Shown here piece after piece: positions 1-7,314 of a stretch of 30,231 nt of DNA. Position 1 is the stretch's first letter. The number at the start of each line of letters is the position of its first letter. Source of the DNA: an uncultured archaeon (GTDB lineage Archaea > Asgardarchaeota > Lokiarchaeia > Sigyniarchaeales > SOKP01); contig CAZOYD010000043.1 in NCBI GenBank assembly GCA_964583985.1, positions 1 through 30,231 on the forward strand. Direction: 5' to 3'. The notes beneath the pieces were generated by a model. The model saw only the letters and a list, made by a program, of their open reading frames with translations, had not been told where the DNA came from and ran no database searches. A program made the translations under genes and the position numbers.

Positions 1-2
1 GA

Positions 3-803
3 CAGAAACCACAACCAATGGCTGATGCTGCATTTTGCAGTGAATGCGTGTTAAAGGATAGTGGATGCGTGCTTGAAAAAGGAATGCTCTGTTTTGGACC
101 AATTACGAGTGCAGGATGTACGTTAAAATGCACGAGTAATGGTAATCCTTGTGTGGGATGTTTCGGTCCTAGCAAAACAGTGGATCCCAGAGCAAGTAAA
201 TTAAGCAACATGGTTAAAAATGTTGATGCCTTGAGTTCTGGAGATAAAAAGAACATGTATGAATTCTTGGCACTTTTCTTGAACATCCCGTTAATGGCAG
301 GCTTCGATCTCGCTGGAGATATTTTAAAGCAAATCAAGAAACATGGTGCTCCTCAAACTCCCCTTGCAAATTTACCTTCTGAAACGGAAGGGATTGCTAC
401 GAGCATAATGGGTTATCTAAAAGATCATAGAGAATTCATAACTGCCTCTACGGTCTGTGACACTTGCCCAAGAAAAATTGGGAGCAAGTCTCAGATGACA
501 AAAGTCAAACGAGACTATGAGGGATTGCCAAACATGGAAGATTGCTTGATTGAACAAGGATATCTTTGTGCAGGTCCAATTACAAGAGCAGGCTGCGGTG
601 GTCTGTGTTTAAAAGTCAATGCTCCTTGTTCTGGCTGTTTTGGTCAGACACAATGGAATGTTGACCAAGCAGAGAGATATGCTGATATAGTGACGAAAAC
701 CTATAATGTAGCTCTCAGCAAGGAACAATTACTTGCTCAGATGAAGGACAAGATAGGTTTTGCTGAGAAATTTACATTAGCGACTAATAAAAATTATAGG
801 TAG
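3..803 (+). CDS. vhuG: F420-non-reducing [NiFe(Se)] hydrogenase small subunit (MvhG/VhuG-like), 5'-truncated by window; duplicated C-terminal Fe-S module
   Basis: Frame is open from the window start (CAG AAA CCA CAA CCA ATG at 3-20). Two copies of CxxC..C-x7-CxGPITxAGCxxxC..PCxGCFG, the C-terminal cluster domain of group 3 small subunits. Lies directly upstream of the large subunit. Confidence 0.88.
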   Translation, partial: QKPQPMADAAFCSECVLKDSGCVLEKGMLCFGPITSAGCTLKCTSNGNPCVGCFGPSKTVDPRASKLSNMVKNVDALSSGDKKNMYEFLALFLNIPLMAGFDLAGDILKQIKKHGAPQTPLANLPSETEGIATSIMGYLKDHREFITASTVCDTCPRKIGSKSQMTKVKRDYEGLPNMEDCLIEQGYLCAGPITRAGCGGLCLKVNAPCSGCFGQTQWNVDQAERYADIVTKTYNVALSKEQLLAQMKDKIGFAEKFTLATNKNYR

Positions 804-813
804 GTGAAAAAAC

Positions 814-2118
814 ATGGGAAAAGTTATTGAAGTAGAACCAGTCACTCGATTAGAGGGACATGGTGGATTAAGAATAGTTTTAGGCGATGATGGAAAAGTT
901 AAGGACGCACAATTTAATATCACATCCACAAGATTTTTTGAGAAGTTCTGTGAAGGCCGTTATTGTGAACATGTGCCCAGGATAACCCCTAGAATCTGTG
1001 GCATTTGTCCGATTCCGCACCATTTGACGCCTACGAAAGCTGTTGAAGATGCTTGGGGTGTAAAGATTCCTGAGCCTGCCCGTAAACTGCGAATACTTCT
1101 ACAAAATGCGAAGCAATACTCCTCTCACCTCTTGCATTTTTATGCGTTAGCGGCACCAGATTTCTTGCTTGGTCCATTTGCAGATCCAGCACTAAGGAAT
1201 GTCGTACACGTCATAAATAAGATGCCTGATGTGGGAGCTATGGCTTTGAAAATGATGGATTTCGGTCAAAAACTCTGTGCAGAGATAGGTGGTAAATCGG
1301 TACATCCTATATCGGCAATCGTCGGTGGGATGAAAAAACCTATGGATGAAGATGCCCGAGATAGATTTTTAAAGCAAGTGGATGAACAGATCGAATTCAC
1401 TAAAAAGACGGTTGATATTGGCCTTAAAGTAGTCACTGATTATTGGGATGTTGTTGCCAACGTTGGGGTTGTTCCTACTTATTATTTAGGAATGACAAAA
1501 AACGGTGTACATGATATATATGAAGGTGACATAAGAATTGTCACTCCTGACGGTAAGAAGATTGATTATGATGTTCACAAGTATTTGGATGTACTTGGAG
1601 AGCACATTCCTGATCATTCTTACGCCACTCACATGTATTATAAACCAGCTGGCTATCCTGAAGGTATTTATCGAGCAAATACTCTTGCAATGATAAATTG
1701 TGCCGATAAAATGGCGACTCCATTAGCTGATGGAGCATTAAAAGCTTTTAGAGACAAGGTTGGTCCAATTTCGCACCATACTTTTGCATATCATTGGGCT
1801 CGACTTATTGAAACCGTTGAATCAATCGAAATGATTGCAACATTGCTAAAAGATCCAGATATAGTAAATCCAGATTGTAAAACATTAGATGTGGAACCGC
1901 GAGAAGGTCAAGGAGTGGGAGTGACTGAAGCTCCTCGAGGACTTCTCTTATACAATATATGGTCTGATGCAGAAGGCATTTGCAAGAAATTAAACTTGCT
2001 GGTTGCAACGAATCATAACATTGCTGGCATTGAAAAAACATTAATGCATACCGCTAAACAAGTATTCGAAGATAAGGCATTGGAAGGTTTAAAATTACCA
2101 AAACCTTGGATTGATTAA
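814..2118 (+). CDS. vhuA: Group 3c [NiFe(Se)] hydrogenase large subunit lacking the C-terminal L2 motif (split, VhuA type)
   Basis: PVTRLEGHG start, L1 motif RICGICPIPHH, EAPRGLL. Ends ...KLPKPWID with no DPCxxCxxH. SD-like GGTGA upstream. Confidence 0.93.
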   Translation: MGKVIEVEPVTRLEGHGGLRIVLGDDGKVKDAQFNITSTRFFEKFCEGRYCEHVPRITPRICGICPIPHHLTPTKAVEDAWGVKIPEPARKLRILLQNAKQYSSHLLHFYALAAPDFLLGPFADPALRNVVHVINKMPDVGAMALKMMDFGQKLCAEIGGKSVHPISAIVGGMKKPMDEDARDRFLKQVDEQIEFTKKTVDIGLKVVTDYWDVVANVGVVPTYYLGMTKNGVHDIYEGDIRIVTPDGKKIDYDVHKYLDVLGEHIPDHSYATHMYYKPAGYPEGIYRANTLAMINCADKMATPLADGALKAFRDKVGPISHHTFAYHWARLIETVESIEMIATLLKDPDIVNPDCKTLDVEPREGQGVGVTEAPRGLLLYNIWSDAEGICKKLNLLVATNHNIAGIEKTLMHTAKQVFEDKALEGLKLPKPWID

Positions 2119-2151
2119 AATCAATGAGATAAAATAAAAGGCGAATATAAA

Positions 2152-2304
2152 ATGGGAGAAGACGTACCTGAAGGTGTAGTGAATCTCTTAGAAATGATCG
2201 TCAGATGTTTTGATTGCTGACTATCATGCGCGGCTCATATCACGGTAGTGAAAGAGGACGGCGAAGAGATTTACTCCCGCAAGTTGAACGTTGGCTTAGG
2301 ATGA
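2152..2304 (+). CDS. vhuU: Selenoprotein hydrogenase subunit VhuU (50 aa, Sec23)
   Basis: Manual translation: MGEDVPEGVVNLLEMIVRCFDC-U(TGA 2218-2220)-LSCAAHITVVKEDGEEIYSRKLNVGLG-stop(TGA 2302-2304). Matches the L2 motif RxxDPUxSCxxH missing from vhuA. SECIS immediately downstream. Confidence 0.93.
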
Positions 2305-2348
2305 ATAACCAGTAAAAAAATGAGACTGGTTATGACTTAACCTAGCAA
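2291..2348 (+). promoter_or_regulatory. Eukaryote-like SECIS element (cis-acting mRNA structure)
   Basis: ATGA(2301-2304), ATAACCAGT(2305-2313), loop AAAAAAATGAG(2314-2324), ACTGGTTAT(2325-2333), GA(2334-2335): a perfect 9-bp upper helix, AUGA/GA core and apical A-run. Lower helix GGCTTAGG(2293-2300)/CCTAGC(2341-2346). Confidence 0.88.
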
Positions 2349-2411
2349 GGTAAAAGCTAACAAATACAAGAAATGAATTGTAAAGAATAAACGTAAAAAA
2401 ATGTGAAGAAA

Positions 2412-2915
2412 ATGACGATAGATTTCGAATTTCGAAAATCCGTAATGGACTATCACGTGCATGATGTATTGAAATATTGCTTTCAATGCAGTCGGTGCAC
2501 TGACAATTGTCCAATTTCTGCAGTCACGATTGATTTTTACACTACGACGGGATATAATCCAAGGGCAAACATCTTAAATGCATTATTAGGATACAAGGAT
2601 GCTATCTTTTCAGCAGATCCTTTAACGATCTGGGGATGCACTGTCTGTGACACGTGTGATGAAGTATGTCCACAGCACATAGAGCTCACAGAAATATTCA
2701 CGTTCTTAAAGAATGAATCTGTTAAAGCTGGAACTGCACCTGATTTTATTTATGGACAAGCGAAGGCAATTTATGATAATGCAAAGGCCATTCCTTCTCA
2801 ACCAGCTATTGAGAGAAGGCGTGAGCAATTAGGAATTCCTGCCGTAGCCGCTCCAGATGTGAATGAAGTGCAAACCTTATTAAAAAATATTGGTTCTGAT
2901 AAGAAACTAAAATAG
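2412..2915 (+). CDS. hdrC: Heterodisulfide reductase subunit C-like (2x[4Fe-4S])
   Basis: CFQCSRCTDNCP and WGCTVCDTCDEVCP; adjacent to hdrB. Start is ATG 2412 or GTG 2403. Confidence 0.88.
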   Translation: MTIDFEFRKSVMDYHVHDVLKYCFQCSRCTDNCPISAVTIDFYTTTGYNPRANILNALLGYKDAIFSADPLTIWGCTVCDTCDEVCPQHIELTEIFTFLKNESVKAGTAPDFIYGQAKAIYDNAKAIPSQPAIERRREQLGIPAVAAPDVNEVQTLLKNIGSDKKLK

Positions 2916-2930
2916 GAGGAAGAAATTAAA

Positions 2931-3797
2931 ATGACAGAATATAAAATGTTTGAGGGATGCACGATTGGTAATCGGATTCCGTTTATCGAAGCTGCATCAA
3001 GAAAAGTTTTTGATAAGATCGGAATTACTACTTCAAGTGCTCCTTTTAGTTGTTGTCCAGATCCAACAGGCATGAAATCCTTTGATAATAATGCTTGGTT
3101 AGCACTTGGTGCGAGGAACCTAGTTTTGGCAGAAGCTGAGGGAAAAGATATCATTTCTCTCTGCAATGGGTGCGCTAATACGCTTCGAGGAGTTCAATTC
3201 CAACTAAAGCATGATAGCTTGAAAAAAGAAAAAGTGAACGCAGAATTAGCCAAAATCGGAAAAAATTATAAGGGTTCAATAGATGTGAAACATTTTGTTG
3301 ATGTATTGAAAGACAACATTGATAAGGTCAAGGGAGCAGTTACAAAACCGCTTTCTGGACTTAAAGTCGCCGTTCATCCTGGATGTCATTATATGCGTCC
3401 CGCAGAGTGGATGGAAAGCGATGATCCAATGCGCCCGACAACATTGAAGGAACTTGTTGCTGCTGCTGGAGCAACTGTAGTAGATTATGAAGAAGAAATT
3501 CTCTGCTGCGGATCTGCAGTTACAAATGCCTATGAAGAGGCCGGCATGGCAAATTTGAAAGTAAAAATGGATAGTGTTAAGGGTGCCGGAGCTGATATTT
3601 TAGTAGTTAACTGTCCAGCATGTTTTCAACAATTTGATACCCGTCAACGAGATTTAGGAAAAAAATATGAGACCGAATACGACATTCCGGTGTTATATAT
3701 AACTGAATTACTCTCTTTAGCAATGGGTGTTAGCGCTGATGAGATAGGTCTTAAATTTCACAGAACTCGAATGAAATTGGAAGATTTTGGATTATAA
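2931..3797 (+). CDS. hdrB: Heterodisulfide reductase subunit B (two CCG domains)
   Basis: FEGC...SCCPDP...LCNGC and HPGCH...LCCG...NCPAC non-cubane cluster ligand pattern; GGAGG upstream. Confidence 0.92.
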   Translation: MTEYKMFEGCTIGNRIPFIEAASRKVFDKIGITTSSAPFSCCPDPTGMKSFDNNAWLALGARNLVLAEAEGKDIISLCNGCANTLRGVQFQLKHDSLKKEKVNAELAKIGKNYKGSIDVKHFVDVLKDNIDKVKGAVTKPLSGLKVAVHPGCHYMRPAEWMESDDPMRPTTLKELVAAAGATVVDYEEEILCCGSAVTNAYEEAGMANLKVKMDSVKGAGADILVVNCPACFQQFDTRQRDLGKKYETEYDIPVLYITELLSLAMGVSADEIGLKFHRTRMKLEDFGL

Positions 3798-3809
3798 AAA
3801 CAATTAACC

Positions 3810-3827
3810 TTTTTTATCTTTTTTTTT
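3810..3827 (+). terminator. Oligo-T tract after hdrB, probable archaeal terminator
   Basis: TTTTTTATCTTTTTTTTT shortly after the hdrB stop. Confidence 0.5.
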
Positions 3828-3968
3828 AATTTGTGTTTTATTCTTTTAAATCTAATTTTTAAGGGATAACAATTTTTAATATTGAAAATGTAAAGTGAAA
3901 TAATTCCATTAAAGTAAAATAGTTTGGATGTATTACTAATAATTGGGTTGTAACTAAATAATTAGGTA

Positions 3969-4754
3969 TTGACCATAATGCTAAGTTTTGATTCCACTCG
4001 TCCGCCTCCGTGGTTTTTTCAATTTATTGAAAATTATTCCCATTTTTTTTTAGATATCAAATTCAATAAGAAAGATAATTTTGAAGAGCTTGTCGATTTT
4101 AGCGTGAAATTGGAGTTACGAGGATTTGAAGGACTCATCTTTTACGTTTATCGATCTGCTCCCAATAAATTGATATTTGATGTATTCAATCAACAAGTCG
4201 ATAGTATTCATGTAATAGAAGGCTTACAAGTAAATTTGGGAGGTCCAAGGCCCATGGAATCGAATGATTTCATCATAATCCCTTTTGGTCATTTTAAAGC
4301 TGATAATCGATTCCTTCCTTCTATTATATGCAAGAAATATGAGACAAGCTATCAAATATTTACGTGGATTCCTTCTTTGTTGTTTAAAAATGTAAAATCG
4401 ATCATTCGTATAGATAACAGGTATAATGAATTGATCCCGTTAGATGATGTAAGTGGATATTATTATAATTTTAATTATGCTTTTAAGGGAAACAAAACGG
4501 AAATGCTTTTCAGTTTAGTTAACACCTTAAGCGAGATTGATACTAACATGGAATATGAGTCTCTTGCTGACGGCATTAAGGAATTAATATCTAAAACCAA
4601 TGAACATTTGTTTGAATTATCAGAAAAGAAAGTCCCTCTTGAATTGCAGAATTTAATGAAAGAACTTGAACGACTTAAATTCAATATCGATAGCTTATCC
4701 AAGGAAGAGATCTTCAATTGGCTTGATGATATTATTGATTACTATTCGCGATAA
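3969..4754 (+). CDS. Hypothetical protein
   Basis: 261-codon ORF with no recognised motif; helical/coiled C-terminus. Start may be ATG 3978. Confidence 0.7.
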   Translation: MTIMLSFDSTRPPPWFFQFIENYSHFFLDIKFNKKDNFEELVDFSVKLELRGFEGLIFYVYRSAPNKLIFDVFNQQVDSIHVIEGLQVNLGGPRPMESNDFIIIPFGHFKADNRFLPSIICKKYETSYQIFTWIPSLLFKNVKSIIRIDNRYNELIPLDDVSGYYYNFNYAFKGNKTEMLFSLVNTLSEIDTNMEYESLADGIKELISKTNEHLFELSEKKVPLELQNLMKELERLKFNIDSLSKEEIFNWLDDIIDYYSR

Positions 4755-4789
4755 ATGAATAAAAAACAAAATGAGTTATTAGTAAACTT

Positions 4790-5344
4790 TTATTTCTTTT
4801 TTATCGTAAGGGTTAAAGCAACTACTAAACCTATCACAAAATATAGTAATGCTATAGCCAAACAAGAGAATTTTATCGTAGCCATGATAGTAGCGATGGG
4901 AGGAGCAAAGATAGGGATGGCACTTGGGTTTTGGAGCATTATCAGAAGAAACATGTTCTCAATTACATCAAATATACCCGACAAAACGGCTATAAAACTA
5001 ACATAAAGTCCGATTTTTTGAAAGCTACCAGTAACTTTTCTTGTAACTAGTAAAATTCCTCCAAAAGCAAATGATACGTATCCTACAATATAAATGAAAT
5101 CCCAATATACTCCTGCTTCTTGCAAAACCATGCCAGTTGAGCCCCAAGAAGTAAAAATGAGTTCTGCTTGTTCTACAGTCCAAGCGAATTCGAAATTTAG
5201 GATTCCATACGTAGCAAAAAGGCTAGAGGCGCTTAAGGCTTGAAAAACTAGCGTGTTTATTACTAGAAATAAGATAAATCCGCCCACAAACATGATAGTT
5301 AAATAGAGATTTTTAGGACTTTCCTTCAATTTGTCTAAGAACAA
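4790..5344 (-). CDS. Integral membrane protein (about 4 TM), unknown function
   Basis: Hydrophobic segments; WDFIYIVGY and FDVIEN motifs. Confidence 0.75.
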   Translation of the reverse strand: MFLDKLKESPKNLYLTIMFVGGFILFLVINTLVFQALSASSLFATYGILNFEFAWTVEQAELIFTSWGSTGMVLQEAGVYWDFIYIVGYVSFAFGGILLVTRKVTGSFQKIGLYVSFIAVLSGIFDVIENMFLLIMLQNPSAIPIFAPPIATIMATIKFSCLAIALLYFVIGLVVALTLTIKKK

Positions 5345-5471
5345 CCTTTTTTCACGTCTTCAAAATTAATAGTTAATGTAGTAATTCGAGATTCAATACA
5401 ATATAAACATTAGTTTTTTTTAGCGTGAAATATTTAGACAATTAGTAAAAAAATAATTTTAAATCTTTCTT

Positions 5472-5720
5472 ATGTGTTTAGCAATTCCTGGAAAAATCAT
5501 CAGCATAGATAAAGAAAAGAATTCTGCCTTGATAGATTTTGATGGACTTAAGCAAACCGTTATTATCGCATTGATTATGAACCCTGAAGTTGGGAACTAT
5601 GTAATAGTTCACGCGGGGTATGCAATCGAACAGATGAATGAAGAAGATGCGTTGGAAGCAATAGAGCAATGGAAACAAATTGCTGAAGATCAAGATGTAA
5701 GTTTAGATGATGTAATCTGA
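5472..5720 (+). CDS. hypC: Hydrogenase maturation chaperone HypC/HupF
   Basis: MCLAIPGKI N-terminus and VGNYVIVHAGYAI. Confidence 0.96.
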   Translation: MCLAIPGKIISIDKEKNSALIDFDGLKQTVIIALIMNPEVGNYVIVHAGYAIEQMNEEDALEAIEQWKQIAEDQDVSLDDVI

Positions 5721-5745
5721 AATTATTTTGCATGAAAAAAACACA

Positions 5746-5931
5746 CTACTTCTTTTTTTTTACATTAGAAACTTCCACAAGATATATCGCATTAGCTAAA
5801 ATAGCCATCATTATGAAAAATAGAGAAGCGAAATCTATTAAAATGTTGGCATCACCAAGAATTTGAATTGTGAATGCAATTATTAAGAAATACATTCCAA
5901 ACGCCAGTATATTTTCTTTCTTCTTAACCAT
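5746..5931 (-). CDS. Small two-TM membrane protein
   Basis: 61 aa, two hydrophobic helices with Lys-rich ends; strong purine-rich SD (GGAGGGAGGGGGCG) directly before ATG. Confidence 0.65.
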   Translation of the reverse strand: MVKKKENILAFGMYFLIIAFTIQILGDANILIDFASLFFIMMAILANAIYLVEVSNVKKKK

Positions 5932-6041
5932 CGCCCCCTCCCTCCTTTTCTTTAATTTTTATAATTTTTGGATTTCTCCAACGATCTATCTTGAATAAAA
6001 TATGAAAAAGTAGCCTATATATACTATATAGTTCGAAAAAA

Positions 6042-6845
6042 TTAAAGATCAAACAATTCCTTTTTGAGAGCCTTTAGCTTGAGGTAAAGAACTTTAAGAG
6101 ATTTCATTCCATCTGACTCAGGGTTAAAATCTATTGGAGAAATTCCGTTAAGATCTGCGTTTCCTATTTCCGCATCATGAGGTATTGAATGATATAACGG
6201 AACTTGCCATTCTTTTATGCGCTGATTAATTATCTCTATTTGCTTATCATTAATAACTTTATTAGCAATGAGAAAAATATTCAAAACGCCTAATTTTTTC
6301 GATAATTCAATGATTTTATGGCATAAATCCAAGGATTTTTGCGATGGTTCTGTTACAACCAACATGACATCTATGCCTTTCGCTGTACCTCTACCAAGAT
6401 GTTCTAAACCTGCTTCAAAATCGACAATAATGACTTCATTTCTTTTAACGAGTAGGTTATATAATAGCGTGCGAATTAGGGCATTCTCCGGGCACAAACA
6501 TCCCGTTGCGGGTTCTTCGATTCCTCCCAATACTAATAATTGGAGCCCATCTGGACCTTCTACCTTGAACCGATCAGGAATGTCCGAAACTTCTGGATTT
6601 ATGTTATAAATTCCTGATGCTGCTCCTGCCACTGAAGTTCGCTCATTAATCATTTCTTTCATTTCTGAAATTGGGACTATTTTCGCTTTAGTATTTTCGT
6701 CAATGCCAAGAGTATAACTTAAATTCATTGCTGAATCGTTATCGATTGCGAGTACTTTATAGCCGTCCTTTGCAAAAAGTCTCGCTAATGTCCCCGCAAT
6801 TAATGTCTTTCCGACTCCTCCTTTTCCACTTATAGCTAATTTCAT
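6042..6845 (-). CDS. cooC: CooC-type nickel-insertion ATPase (MinD/SIMIBI family)
   Basis: Deviant Walker A SGKGGVGKT, GCLCPEN (CxC metal site), DFEAGLEHLGRG. Confidence 0.9.
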   Translation of the reverse strand: MKLAISGKGGVGKTLIAGTLARLFAKDGYKVLAIDNDSAMNLSYTLGIDENTKAKIVPISEMKEMINERTSVAGAASGIYNINPEVSDIPDRFKVEGPDGLQLLVLGGIEEPATGCLCPENALIRTLLYNLLVKRNEVIIVDFEAGLEHLGRGTAKGIDVMLVVTEPSQKSLDLCHKIIELSKKLGVLNIFLIANKVINDKQIEIINQRIKEWQVPLYHSIPHDAEIGNADLNGISPIDFNPESDGMKSLKVLYLKLKALKKELFDL

Positions 6846-7135
6846 GAAAAATCCTCTTTATTATCAATTTTAAGATAGTAGTTTTCTTTTCTCATATTTT
6901 GCATTCTTTTGGAAATTTTCATCATTTTATTAAAAATTTTTTCACTTTCTTTTAGATCTGTAGTGATGATCATTTTTTCATTGAGAATTTTAATTTTATA
7001 AGTCAAATCGATAAATTCTTTAGGGGGATCATTGCTGTATTGGTACAAATATTCCCCATTTTTACAAGGCTCAATAAAAACCCATTTATTATCCGCTTCT
7101 GACCAATTCCATCGATTAGGGCTTAATTTACGCAT
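6842..7135 (-). CDS. Hypothetical protein, translationally coupled to cooC
   Basis: 97 aa; ATGA stop/start overlap with cooC at 6842-6845. Confidence 0.65.
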   Translation of the reverse strand: MRKLSPNRWNWSEADNKWVFIEPCKNGEYLYQYSNDPPKEFIDLTYKIKILNEKMIITTDLKESEKIFNKMMKISKRMQNMRKENYYLKIDNKEDFS

Positions 7136-7314
7136 CGTATCTTACACATCAAATGAGAATTATAATATAATTGTAATTCAAATTTTAACCATTTAACAAA
7201 TAATAAATGATTTTATAACCAAAAAAGGTTGTTTATTATGGTTTATATTAATTCATTAATATATGGAGATAATTAATAAGAAATTTAGTCAAAAAAGTTT
7301 ACAAATTAGCCATT

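Noticed and set aside
2110-2125. Small hairpin ATTGAT-TAAA-ATCAAT over the vhuA stop
   Set aside because: Six AT-rich pairs; no SECIS core geometry; plausible by chance.
2366-2410. Second ATGA...A-run...GA pattern downstream of the SECIS
   Set aside because: No complementary stem can be formed, so not a second SECIS.
1541-3166. Minus-strand ORFs 1541-1738, 1805-2041, 2296-2514, 2798-3166
   Set aside because: Antisense shadows of vhuA, the SECIS region and hdrC/B; no motifs.
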